Below are positions 8,647-17,472 of a stretch of 64,000 bases of DNA, piece by piece; the first letter of the stretch is position 1, and every line of letters begins with the position of its first letter. Made by a program: the position numbers and the translations under genes. The stretch comes from a virus (taxonomy: Duplodnaviria; Caudoviricetes). The stretch covers positions 32,001-96,000 of IMG/VR virus record IMGVR_UViG_2930337131_000001; one strand, written 5' to 3'. A model generated the notes under the pieces. It did no database searches and had not been told where the DNA came from. It was given only the letters and a program-made list of their open reading frames with translations.

Positions 8647-9561
8647 TCAGCTCTCCAGGGCAGCGGTACCGGCGTCGGTCAGCCGCCAACGCCACCCCAT
8701 GCCGTTGGCTTGCGTCCTGCTGAACTGTTCGTCGACCACCACCCACCCCTTCGCCTCGAGCTTCTTCACCGCGGCGCTGACCCTCCGGCCCAGGTGTCCC
8801 CATGCCGAGGTGCTGCGCTGGCTGGTGTCGAAGACGATGGGCTGGCTCGTGCGGCCCGGCCGCAGGGTGAACACGACGCCCGACTTGATGAGCTCGAGCA
8901 GCGCCTTCTCCGCCGCGGTGGGCGGCGCCGGGGCGTCGGCGGGGCGGACCTTCCCCATGTAGTCCAGGCACCGGTGGCAGTTGGCGGGGGCGTCGACGGG
9001 CTCGCTCAGGTGCAGCGGGTTCGATCGGCCGGGGGTCTCGCACAGGCCGCGGTCGGCCGGGTGCTTGCGGGACCGGCCGGAGACCAGGTCGTCCTTGGGC
9101 GCGGCGTGCCGGAGCGATCCGCCCACGCCCGAGTGCCTGGTGTTCTCCCGCACGGTCATCTCGACGCCGGCAGCGGCGAGTGCCTCGTCCCACCTGCGTT
9201 TTTCGCGCTCTCGGCGCTCCTTGGCCTTCTGGGCGATCAGCTCCTCGTGTTCCTTGCGGCGCTGTCGCGCCTCGACGACGGACGGCGGCAGGGGCGGGTC
9301 CAGGGCCATCTGGTCGGCGAGGACGAGCATCCAGCCGTCCACGCTGGAGCTGCGGTCGATACCGGGGAAGGAGTGCCCCAGTACGGCGGTGCACCAGTCG
9401 TTGCCGCGCCGGTCGGCGACCTCGTACATGCTCTTGAGGTCCTCGGGACCCAACGGTCCGCGGCTCTTGCGCTCGGCGTCCGTCCGCACCATCTCGTACG
9501 TGTCGTACGCGGGATCGGGCACGGGGCGGGGAAGCAGAGCGGTCACGACGTGTCGTCGCAT
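8647..9561 (-). CDS. Hypothetical protein with C-terminal wHTH-like segment
   Basis: ATG 9561 with GAGAGG RBS; VKKLEAKGWV...WRLTDAG. Confidence 0.65.
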   Translation of the reverse strand: MRRHVVTALLPRPVPDPAYDTYEMVRTDAERKSRGPLGPEDLKSMYEVADRRGNDWCTAVLGHSFPGIDRSSSVDGWMLVLADQMALDPPLPPSVVEARQRRKEHEELIAQKAKERREREKRRWDEALAAAGVEMTVRENTRHSGVGGSLRHAAPKDDLVSGRSRKHPADRGLCETPGRSNPLHLSEPVDAPANCHRCLDYMGKVRPADAPAPPTAAEKALLELIKSGVVFTLRPGRTSQPIVFDTSQRSTSAWGHLGRRVSAAVKKLEAKGWVVVDEQFSRTQANGMGWRWRLTDAGTAALES

Positions 9562-9586
9562 CGGGGGTGTTCCTCTCTTCGGGTGA

Positions 9587-9606
9587 ACAGCGGTGCTCTC
9601 CGCTGT
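9587..9606 (-). promoter_or_regulatory. AGAGCA-loop leader hairpin, copy 2
   Basis: Minus strand ACAGCGG-AGAGCA-CCGCTGT. Confidence 0.6.
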
Positions 9607-9646
9607 GTGGCACCGCGGTGGGCGCCGAGACCTGCGTACGGTGAGG

Positions 9647-10231
9647 TCAGGAACGTCGCGCGGGCTCTGCCCGGATGATCGCAAGGGACTGGACGAGCAG
9701 CTCGGCGTTGGTCCGCGGGTCCGAGCGCCAACGCAGCGCGTATCCGCCGGAGATGGTCGGGCCTTCGATCTCGTGCAGTGTCGGGTGGCGGTCGCGTGCC
9801 CGCTCCTCCCACCCGTCGGCGGGCAGTGTCACGCCGCCGTGGCCGTTGTCCGGGCAGGTGATGAACACCGTGGTCTCGGCAATTTCCGCGGAGAAGCCGC
9901 CCGCGTACGCGAACCGCGCGCGCGACGCTGGAGCCTGACGTGCAGGGCGCCGACCGCGCGGCCGGTAGGGGCCGCGGCCGCCGCGGGGCACAGGGTGCTG
10001 TTCCATCCACTTCCGGCCGGAGTCGGTCAGCTTCACGGGGGCGGAGTCGTCTCCCCCGTCGGTCACGTACCCGGCGCTGGTCAGCGGGTAGAACGAGCTC
10101 TGATTGACGACGTAGTCGGTGCCGGTGAGTCGGTAGCGGGCGCGGGGCGCCACGGCGAACTGGGCACCGGTGCTGCCGGCCTCCGCGATGGTGCGGAGGA
10201 GGGTTTCGACAGCAGGCGTGAAGTCGGGCAT
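9647..10231 (-). CDS. Hypothetical protein
   Basis: GAGGAG RBS; wHTH-like VKLTDSG. Confidence 0.6.
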   Translation of the reverse strand: MPDFTPAVETLLRTIAEAGSTGAQFAVAPRARYRLTGTDYVVNQSSFYPLTSAGYVTDGGDDSAPVKLTDSGRKWMEQHPVPRGGRGPYRPRGRRPARQAPASRARFAYAGGFSAEIAETTVFITCPDNGHGGVTLPADGWEERARDRHPTLHEIEGPTISGGYALRWRSDPRTNAELLVQSLAIIRAEPARRS

Positions 10232-10307
10232 GTGGTTCTGCTCCTCGACGGGGCTGAGCGGAGAATCGTTCTGAGCGAAGAATCGAACGCGTCGAACAGC
10301 CGGGTTG

Positions 10308-10595
10308 TTACGCCTTGGCCGGAGCCTTCACCGGCAGGATGGCGTCGATCGAGGTGTCCCAGGCGCGGCCGAACCACCGTGCGGCGTTGCCGAGTCGGCC
10401 GGGGAACATCTGCGCCACCAGGACGCCGGCGGCGATCGTCAGCGTGAGGGCCAGGTGCGCGAGGAACCAGCCCACGACTGCGCCGACAACTTCCGCCAGG
10501 AAGAGGAGAGTTGCCAGGGTAGGCGGGACGATGGCCGGGTGCGCGACGGCCAGGAGGCCGAACGCCCAGGCGAGAAGCTGCAGCTTGGCGCGCAT
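10308..10595 (-). CDS. Small membrane protein
   Basis: Mostly hydrophobic; GGAGG RBS. Confidence 0.65.
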   Translation of the reverse strand: MRAKLQLLAWAFGLLAVAHPAIVPPTLATLLFLAEVVGAVVGWFLAHLALTLTIAAGVLVAQMFPGRLGNAARWFGRAWDTSIDAILPVKAPAKA

Positions 10596-10596
10596 C

Positions 10597-10785
10597 TCAA
10601 CCCTCCTGCTGCTGGCCGTAGAAGCCGCTGGAGGGGTTGGTGGTGTCGGAGAGGTGGACTCGCCACCCGTCGGTGGTCTTCACCAGCGGGTCCTCTTCGG
10701 TACCCGGGTGACCGTCTGCCGCGCAGATGTTCCGCAGACCGTCGTGGTCGCGCTTCTGCTGGCCCGTGCTGATCCAGCCCGCCAT
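10597..10785 (-). CDS. Hypothetical protein, first gene of the leftward operon
   Basis: GAGGAG RBS. Confidence 0.6.
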   Translation of the reverse strand: MAGWISTGQQKRDHDGLRNICAADGHPGTEEDPLVKTTDGWRVHLSDTTNPSSGFYGQQQEG

Positions 10786-10810
10786 GGGGGAGCTCCTCAG
10801 TTCGTGGTCT

Positions 10811-10828
10811 GGGCGGTGCTCTCCGCCC
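10811..10828 (-). promoter_or_regulatory. AGAGCA-loop leader hairpin, copy 3
   Basis: Minus strand GGGCGG-AGAGCA-CCGCCC, just downstream of a TAGAGT -10-like hexamer (10839-10844). Confidence 0.6.
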
Positions 10829-10863
10829 TTCGAGGAAGACTCTACGCGGTTACTCGTCGGTAG

Positions 10864-10889
10864 CCGACAATAATCCCAATTGTTGTCGG
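10864..10889. promoter_or_regulatory. Inverted repeat in AT-richer divergent promoter region
   Basis: CCGACAATAAT-CCCA-ATTGTTGTCGG (11-bp arms, 1 mismatch). Confidence 0.5.
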
Positions 10890-10930
10890 TAATCTTGGCT
10901 CAACGTCAGAACTGCAACCCAGGGGGCACC

Positions 10931-11188
10931 ATGACGGCCAGTCGGCCAACCGACGTCGAAGAGGTCCGGGCCCAGGTGCTCGCCGCCTTCGGTCTCGCAG
11001 AAGACGACCCATGGGGTCAGGCGCTCGATGCGCTGTACACCGCGGCGGCCACGGACCGGGAGGCGCACCACACGCGCATCCTCGGCGAAGTCGACACCAT
11101 GGCCGAGGAACTGACGCAGACCCTGCCGCCGGAGCTGCGCGCCGCCGGCCTCCGCATTGCCTACGACACCGAAGGACTCCACGCATGA
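10931..11188 (+). CDS. Hypothetical protein
   Basis: AGGGGG RBS; first gene of a coupled rightward run. Confidence 0.6.
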   Translation: MTASRPTDVEEVRAQVLAAFGLAEDDPWGQALDALYTAAATDREAHHTRILGEVDTMAEELTQTLPPELRAAGLRIAYDTEGLHA

Positions 11189-11442
11189 ACCTCGAGCCGA
11201 TCCCGCCCGGCGCGATCACCGCGGGCAAGATCCCCTCCGGTGCCATCCAGAGCGGCGACGTCCTCGAGGACATCCGCAACCGGGAGCCGTACGCCGTCGA
11301 GGCCGTCATCCTCCACGCGCTCGCCGAGTTCAGCATGGGCGGCCCGCCCATGGGCAAGGACGAGGCCCGCCAGTGGCTGAGCCTCTACCTGCAGCAAGTC
11401 GCCGAAGGCCGCTCCCCCGTAGACCCCGGAGTACACGCATGA
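11185..11442 (+). CDS. Hypothetical protein
   Basis: ATGA overlap with upstream gene. Confidence 0.6.
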   Translation: MNLEPIPPGAITAGKIPSGAIQSGDVLEDIRNREPYAVEAVILHALAEFSMGGPPMGKDEARQWLSLYLQQVAEGRSPVDPGVHA

Positions 11443-11774
11443 ACTACGACGACGACCTCGAGGACCGCCTGGCGGCCGAGTACCAGAACCGGCAGCGCCA
11501 GACCGGTGACCTGGACTACATCCGCCGTTACTACGGGCTCGAGCGGCGCCACGGGATTCGCGTGGCGATCGGCGGCCGGATCCGGAGCAGCGGGCAGGAG
11601 GGGCAGATCGTCGACACGTCCGGCCACTACCTGATGGTGCAGTTCGACGGTGACGAGCAGCCGGTACGCCGTCACGTCACCTCGAACATGGAGTACGCCA
11701 CGGCGGCCGGATGGGTCGCGGCCACGCCCGTCCCCGACCCGTACGCCGCGGCGCCGGCCGGGGCCGCGCAGTGA
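11439..11774 (+). CDS. Hypothetical phage protein (SH3-like)
   Basis: DYIRRYYG...GGRI...GQIV...YLMVQFDG pattern. Confidence 0.65.
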   Translation: MNYDDDLEDRLAAEYQNRQRQTGDLDYIRRYYGLERRHGIRVAIGGRIRSSGQEGQIVDTSGHYLMVQFDGDEQPVRRHVTSNMEYATAAGWVAATPVPDPYAAAPAGAAQ

Positions 11775-12289
11775 CCGCCGTCGACGAGCAAATCGCGCTC
11801 GCCTTCTACGAGTTCATCCAGGCACGGTACGCCGACGAGCTGCGCGAGCAGTACCCGACGGCGGACAGCACCCCGGCCGTGGAGACGTACCGGGAGCAGT
11901 ACCGCGAGGCGCAGACGGAGCACCAGGCCCTCGTCGACGCGCTGCACCGCGGCGACCAGGAGCAGGCCGCAGACTGCCTCTGGGGGCTGCGCAACCAGGC
12001 GTCCAAGTGGAAGGCGCACCCCGACTACCCCGAGCCGATCTCCGACGGCACCATGCCCTGCCCTGTCCCGGCCCCCGAGACCGGGCACCCCTGCACGAAG
12101 CGGATCCCGAAGGGCCGGGCCGCATCGGAAGGGCACGGCGGCGGCCACTTCTGGCAGTCCCCCCGGGCGGCCGAGCTCGAGGCCCTCGGCGCGCACATGG
12201 ACTACGGCACCTTGCTGTCCGGTCAGCCCACGCCGTGGCACCTGCCCAAGGACTGCACGCCCGACTGCTGGAAGTGGAGCGACCGATGA
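11771..12289 (+). CDS. Hypothetical protein (DUF6221-like HPDY motif)
   Basis: FIQARYADE...WKAHPDY. Confidence 0.55.
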   Translation: MTAVDEQIALAFYEFIQARYADELREQYPTADSTPAVETYREQYREAQTEHQALVDALHRGDQEQAADCLWGLRNQASKWKAHPDYPEPISDGTMPCPVPAPETGHPCTKRIPKGRAASEGHGGGHFWQSPRAAELEALGAHMDYGTLLSGQPTPWHLPKDCTPDCWKWSDR

Positions 12290-12648
12290 TGGTGGAGCGG
12301 CGCGCGAGTGACCTGACGCCGATGCTGTGGCCTGGAGCGGAGATCGAGGCAGCCCCGGGCGTGGTCGAGCGCTACGACGAGGCGCCGGACCTTGCCGAAC
12401 CGATCCGGGGCATCGGCCCGGAGGACGGTCCAGTGCGCACGATGTGGTGCCCGCAGTGCCAGGAAGAGATCACGGGGTCGGATCTCGATGTCATCGCTGC
12501 TTGCTCCCCCATCACGGTGCAGGCGCCCAGCATTGCGTGGCCCGGATACAGGAGACTCGCGGGGTTGGTCACGGTGAAGCCGTGCGGGCACGCCTTCCGC
12601 GTCGTGGACGGCCAGACACTCGTTGAGATTCGGGAGTCGGCGGCATGA
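12286..12648 (+). CDS. Hypothetical Zn-binding protein
   Basis: CPQC...PCGH. Confidence 0.55.
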   Translation: MMVERRASDLTPMLWPGAEIEAAPGVVERYDEAPDLAEPIRGIGPEDGPVRTMWCPQCQEEITGSDLDVIAACSPITVQAPSIAWPGYRRLAGLVTVKPCGHAFRVVDGQTLVEIRESAA

Positions 12649-13775
12649 GCCTGCACGACGAGGAGGAGGAGTTCGTCGACGCGGAGATCGTCGAGGGCGG
12701 CGTCCTGGCGCTCGTCGACGACGAGGTGCCGCTCGTCGACTTCAACACCGTGCTGCACCCGGGCCAGGAGCTGCCCACGGCCGCCAACGGCCCGCAGTAC
12801 AGCGAGCGCGACCTGTACGTCAGCCAGGAGACCGCCGACATCCTCGACGGCACGGACCCGACGGAGACGGGCCCGATGAAGGCCTTCAAGGCGTGGTGCG
12901 AGGCGAACGGTCGGGTGGCGGTTCCGTGTACCACCGCCACCTACACCGAGTACAGCCGGCACCTGATGGCCCGAAGCCTCAAGGTCGCCACGATCAAGAA
13001 CTACATGTCCCTGATCAAGACCGCGATGCCGCCGGGGAAGAAGCCCGATAACAGCCTCTACCTGCGGCTGCTCGCGAACTACCGGCAGAACAACAAGCGG
13101 GCGATGCGCACCCGCCGGGCGTTTCCGATCACGCTGTCGTACCTGATCCCGATGATGGAGAAGGCCGAGGCGAGTAACCAGCCGATCGGCTGGCGCGACG
13201 CGGCCATGTTCGCCTTCGGGTACCGCTTCCTCGGCCGGAGCGTCGAGAACGCGAACCTCGAGATCGAGGACGTGAGGTTCACCAGCGGCGGCATTCTGGT
13301 GTGGTTGCCCGAGGACAAGACGCACGACGAGGAACAGAACCTCGTGCTGCGCGACCGTGAGGACCTGCAGCTCGTCCCACGGCTCAACCGGTGGTTGGAG
13401 TACATGGCTGACCAGGGCATCACGTCCGGCCCGGTCTTCCGGCACGTCCTCAAGAACGGGAAGGTGGCCACCGAGGAGACCCGGAGCAAGACGGCCACGA
13501 GCCGCGGCCTGCACCTGCGGGGGCAAACCGTCAACGACCGGGTGAAGCACTGGTTTGGCGCGGCCGGCCTGGTCACGGACGGGCGGCACGTCTCCTCGCA
13601 GGGCCTCCGCGCGGGCGCGGCGACCGAACTGGCCCAGAACAAAGCCACGGACGAGGAGTTGGAGCGGGCCGGCCGGTGGCGTCCGGGCTCCCGCGTCCCT
13701 CGCGAGGTGTACGTCCGGCCCGCCGAGGCGGAGAGGAAGGATCCGTTCGACAAGGTGCCATTGCACCGGCCCTGA
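12645..13775 (+). CDS. Cre-like tyrosine recombinase
   Basis: RDAAM..GY..LGRSVE (R), EDKT (K), SSQGLRAGAAT, AGRW, EVY (Y). Confidence 0.85.
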   Translation: MSLHDEEEEFVDAEIVEGGVLALVDDEVPLVDFNTVLHPGQELPTAANGPQYSERDLYVSQETADILDGTDPTETGPMKAFKAWCEANGRVAVPCTTATYTEYSRHLMARSLKVATIKNYMSLIKTAMPPGKKPDNSLYLRLLANYRQNNKRAMRTRRAFPITLSYLIPMMEKAEASNQPIGWRDAAMFAFGYRFLGRSVENANLEIEDVRFTSGGILVWLPEDKTHDEEQNLVLRDREDLQLVPRLNRWLEYMADQGITSGPVFRHVLKNGKVATEETRSKTATSRGLHLRGQTVNDRVKHWFGAAGLVTDGRHVSSQGLRAGAATELAQNKATDEELERAGRWRPGSRVPREVYVRPAEAERKDPFDKVPLHRP

Positions 13776-13801
13776 ACCGGGCATGACGGGCGGTCAACGA
13801 A

Positions 13802-13830
13802 AGACCCCGCTCCCGAGGGGGGCGGGGTCT
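13802..13830 (+). terminator. Terminator-like hairpin after the recombinase
   Basis: AGACCCCGCTCCC...GGGGGCGGGGTCT. Confidence 0.65.
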
Positions 13831-13895
13831 GTCCGTGCCCCCCGAAGCCGATCGAGGGGTACCGTTCTGGTGTCGAGTCAGAACAGGAGATAAGT

Positions 13896-15086
13896 ATGCA
13901 CGCTCTGCCTCAAGACCACACCGGGGTACGAATCGCGCGTCTCCGTCGGGAGCGCCATCTCACTCAGCAGGGTTTGGCCGACCTCTCAGGAGTCCCGTAC
14001 AACACCCTGACCAAGATCGAGCAGGGCAAGTACGCGGCCACGCCGCACGCGATTGCTTGCCTGGCCCGCGCTATGCGCGTGGAGGTCTCCACCATCATCG
14101 GGCAGCCCTACAAGGCCGAACTGCGCGCCGACGAACTGGACGTGTTGATAGCGCCGATCCGGGAGGCCCTGGACGTCTACGACCTGGGCGTTGACCCCGA
14201 CATCTCGGCCCGCCCGCTGCGGAACCTGCTGGAGGACTCCGAGAGCCTGTGTGCAGCCGTACGGGCCGGAGAGATCAAGCGGGCGGCCAGTGACGTCGCC
14301 GGACTGATCGAGGAGGCAACCACCGCGGCGCACCAGCACGGCAGCAGCGACGGATGGCTGATCCTCTCCTCCCTCTACCGCACGTCGTACGACGTGGCGA
14401 CGAAGCTGGGATACGCCGACCTGGCGCAGCTCTCCCTCGCCCGGCTGGACTGGGCCTCGCAGCGAGCGGGCAGCGCGGTGTTCGGCGGCGCGTACCAGTA
14501 CTTCCGCGCCCTCACCTACTTGCGGGAGGGGAAGTTCCGCACCGGGCAGCGCCTCGTCGACCTGGGCCTGCGCACCATCAGCCAGGCGGAGCCCTCACGA
14601 GAGCGCGACGTCGTAACCGGGCAGCTCCACCTCGGCGGGTCCGTGATGGCCGGCCGGGCGCACAACGAGTCCCAGGCCATGGACCATCTCGCCGAGGCCG
14701 ACACCATCGCGGCCCGCACGGGCGAGTCCCCGCGGGTGCTCTGGATGGCGTTCGGCGAGACCAACGTCCGAGTGCACCGGGTGTCCGTCCTCGCCGAGCT
14801 CGACAAGTACGACAAGGCCGTCGCGGCGGCCGACAACCTCCTCATCCCGGCCGACTGGCCGAAGTCCCGGACGAGCCACCACTGGGCTGAAGTCGCCCGC
14901 GCGCAGATGTGGACGGGCAAGCTCGATGCGTCGTTCGCCAGCCTGCTCAAGGCGCGGAAGACAGCTCCGCAACAGGCGAAGTACCACCCGATGGTGCGGG
15001 AGACGTACGCCAGTTTGGAGGCCGCACACCGCCGGCTTCCCGACACCTTCCTCTCGTACGGCAGTTGGCTGGCCAGCCAAGTCTGA
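13896..15086 (+). CDS. XRE-family HTH regulator with C-terminal helical (TPR-like) domain
   Basis: IARLRRERHLTQQGLADLSGV...LTKIEQG; architecture typical of actinobacterial XRE proteins. Confidence 0.88.
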   Translation: MHALPQDHTGVRIARLRRERHLTQQGLADLSGVPYNTLTKIEQGKYAATPHAIACLARAMRVEVSTIIGQPYKAELRADELDVLIAPIREALDVYDLGVDPDISARPLRNLLEDSESLCAAVRAGEIKRAASDVAGLIEEATTAAHQHGSSDGWLILSSLYRTSYDVATKLGYADLAQLSLARLDWASQRAGSAVFGGAYQYFRALTYLREGKFRTGQRLVDLGLRTISQAEPSRERDVVTGQLHLGGSVMAGRAHNESQAMDHLAEADTIAARTGESPRVLWMAFGETNVRVHRVSVLAELDKYDKAVAAADNLLIPADWPKSRTSHHWAEVARAQMWTGKLDASFASLLKARKTAPQQAKYHPMVRETYASLEAAHRRLPDTFLSYGSWLASQV

Positions 15087-15102
15087 CGCTGCGTAAACCC
15101 TT

Positions 15103-15138
15103 GGCCCTAACTGGTATGAACTCATGCCAGTTAGGGCC
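15103..15138. promoter_or_regulatory. 36-bp near-perfect palindrome (operator or recombination site)
   Basis: GGCCCTAACTGGTATGA-AC-TCATGCCAGTTAGGGCC, 17-bp arms, 1 mismatch. Confidence 0.6.
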
Positions 15139-15189
15139 TAGTTGTGGCCCCACCATGTCGTCACTGGCCATTTCGACATGGAGCCGACC

Positions 15190-15693
15190 ATGACGACTTA
15201 CCTTGCGGACCAGGTGCGCACCCGTCGAAGCGCGCCCGGAACCGCCCCAGAGCCGAGAAGCCCCGGAGACACCCGGACAGCGCTCGACATGTCCATCGAG
15301 CGCCGACCCGATCCGGAAACCGGCGGCCTGTCCGCGGCAGATGCCGCCTGGCCCCGACGCCTCCGCCGTATCGTCCGCGCCAGCCTCATCCACTGGGGCC
15401 ACCCCGGCATGGTCGATACCGCGCTACTGCTCGTCACCGAACTGGCCACCAACGCACTTCAGCACGGCAGCGGCCCCGCGATCGGAGTCCGCATCTTCCT
15501 CCAGGGCGACCACTGTGTGATCAAGGTGACCGACACCGCCGGGTCCCCCACCCGTCCCCGGCTCCGCGCCGCCAGCCCCACCGACGAGAGCGGCCGCGGC
15601 CTCTTCCTCGTCGAGGCCCTGGCCGCGGAGTGGGGCGTCAGCGACGACGGCACGCGCGTCTGGTGTCTCTTCCCCGTAGGGGGCACGTCCTGA
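15190..15693 (+). CDS. HATPase_c anti-sigma-factor-like ATP-binding protein
   Basis: LLVTELATNALQHG, VTD, ESGRGLFLV, GTRVW. Confidence 0.88.
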   Translation: MTTYLADQVRTRRSAPGTAPEPRSPGDTRTALDMSIERRPDPETGGLSAADAAWPRRLRRIVRASLIHWGHPGMVDTALLLVTELATNALQHGSGPAIGVRIFLQGDHCVIKVTDTAGSPTRPRLRAASPTDESGRGLFLVEALAAEWGVSDDGTRVWCLFPVGGTS

Positions 15694-16157
15694 TGCCCTC
15701 CACCGCCTGCGTCCGCCGCGGCAGCGAGAACGCGCCCCGCTGGAATCATGACGTCGAGCCCGCGCAGCGCCCGGAAGAGGCCGCAGTGCTGGACGCCCTG
15801 GCGAAGTTACGGGCCTGGAGCCCCTACAACGGGGATGACTGGCTGGACGACGTCGCGGATGCCCTCGACACCGTCGCACCGGCCGAAGACCAGGTCGAGG
15901 AACTCGCCCAGCGCTTACGCGGGTACCTGATGCAGCTCGTCGCCATCGCCGCCGGCGACGAAACCGAGAAGCGCGACGCGCGCGCGGCACTCCGCATCAC
16001 CCGGGCCCGGGACATACGAGAAGCAGAGATGCCGGGCGACTACCGCCAGGCCGTCGGCCACCTGCGCCAAATGGGATGGGCCGTGAACGAGCTGCTGGAC
16101 CTCCTCGTCGAACTCGGCTGCGTGAAGTCCCCGGACTCCCTGAGCGAGGCACTGTGA
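15693..16157 (+). CDS. DUF6415-like helical protein
   Basis: EELAQRLRGYLMQL motif; usual context next to these ATPases. Confidence 0.55.
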   Translation: MPSTACVRRGSENAPRWNHDVEPAQRPEEAAVLDALAKLRAWSPYNGDDWLDDVADALDTVAPAEDQVEELAQRLRGYLMQLVAIAAGDETEKRDARAALRITRARDIREAEMPGDYRQAVGHLRQMGWAVNELLDLLVELGCVKSPDSLSEAL

Positions 16158-16627
16158 ACGCCCCAGAGACCTCGCTCGCCGTTCCGGCCGAAGCCGAGTT
16201 GGCCATCGCTCGCTCCCTCTCCACCGACCTCCCCGGCGTCCCGTACGCCGTTCAGGGAGCGCGGTTCTGGGTTCGGATGTCCGTCACGGCCCTGTGCTGG
16301 CAGGGCGACATCCTGCAAGCGGTCGAGGTCATCAGCCGACTCGTGGACAACGGTGTCCGCCACGGCATGCCCGCCGACGTACCCAAGGACGAGCGGCGCC
16401 TGGTTCTGTCCGCTGCCGTCGCCGAGACCGGCGAGCTCCTCATCGACGTGTCCGACCTCAACCCCGCGTTCCCCGACTTCGACAGAGCGGTGGCGGGAGA
16501 GAAGGGGCGCGGCCTGTGGCAGGTCGCCCGCCTGGGCGCGCGCATCATCCGGTTCCTGCCGCACGAAGGGGCCGGGAAGACCGTACGGGCCGTACTGCCT
16601 CCTGGACCGGTGAACCCCTATGCCTAA
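16154..16627 (+). CDS. Second HATPase_c-like ATP-binding protein
   Basis: SRLVDNGVRHG, IDVSD, GRGLW, GKTVRA. Confidence 0.75.
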   Translation: MNAPETSLAVPAEAELAIARSLSTDLPGVPYAVQGARFWVRMSVTALCWQGDILQAVEVISRLVDNGVRHGMPADVPKDERRLVLSAAVAETGELLIDVSDLNPAFPDFDRAVAGEKGRGLWQVARLGARIIRFLPHEGAGKTVRAVLPPGPVNPYA

Positions 16628-17315
16628 GCAGCTCCATTGGGGGGACCTGCGCGTCCCCTACATCACGGCCTGGAGCGCCGAGGTCGTTCCCCAGCCCGAT
16701 GTCGTCCGGGTCACCCGACGCGGCGGCGAGGGCATCGGGTACGAGGACGAGGACCCCGTCATCGATCGCCGGCACGAGGCCTTGTGGGTGCGTTCCGGCA
16801 TGGCCCGCGGCCGCGGTGCGCCCGACTTCAGCCGCATCAACTCGCTCCGGCAGAAGCGGGCGATGCGATACGACCTGTGCCAGCTCTGCGGGTTCACGGT
16901 TCTGGGCACGCGGGACGACGAGCGAACCCTGTGCCTCATGGGTGGCGACAGACCGATCGCGGAGGGGGAGACGACGACGGCACCCCCGGTTCACCCCGCG
17001 TGCGCCAAGTACTCGATCGAGAACTGCCCGCCTCTCCGCCGCAAGCACGCGGCCGCGCTCGTCGACGTCAGCCGCCTGTGGGGCGTCGCTGGTGTGGTCT
17101 TCGACCCGGTCACGATGCAGCCGCTTCCCAGCACCGGATCGCGACCTGGCGACCTGGACCACGTTCACGTCGCGGACAAGGCCATCCGGTGGACCCTGGC
17201 CAACTTCACCGTGCACAGCCTCCATGGCGTCACACCCGTGTCCACGGATGAGCTGTACGCCATGGCTGAGCGCGAGCCCGGCCTACCCGACGGTGAGCGC
17301 GTGAGCGCCCCCTAG
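16620..17315 (+). CDS. Conserved actinobacterial Zn-binding hypothetical protein
   Basis: VPYITAWS...RQKRAM..LCQLCG...PPVHPACA...CPPL. Confidence 0.7.
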   Translation: MPKQLHWGDLRVPYITAWSAEVVPQPDVVRVTRRGGEGIGYEDEDPVIDRRHEALWVRSGMARGRGAPDFSRINSLRQKRAMRYDLCQLCGFTVLGTRDDERTLCLMGGDRPIAEGETTTAPPVHPACAKYSIENCPPLRRKHAAALVDVSRLWGVAGVVFDPVTMQPLPSTGSRPGDLDHVHVADKAIRWTLANFTVHSLHGVTPVSTDELYAMAEREPGLPDGERVSAP

Positions 17316-17424
17316 ATCCTGCCCGGCGGCCCGGTGCCGATATGGCCCTGGCCCTCGGGCAGCACAACCCCGGCGCGCAGAGACCTGCCTTTCCCCTCCC
17401 CTGGGCAAGTCCCGACGCCGGCAT

Positions 17425-17472
17425 GTCGGCCCTGCAGTCCAGCGATGCCACGCCCCGGACTGCAGGGCCGAC
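17425..17472 (+). other. 16-bp perfect-stem hairpin in the radical SAM operon leader
   Basis: GTCGGCCCTGCAGTCC-N16-GGACTGCAGGGCCGAC. Confidence 0.55.

Noticed and set aside
11185-11260. GAITAGKI similarity to tail-fibre repeats in an early gene
   Set aside because: Only about two short units; could be chance or a trivial remnant
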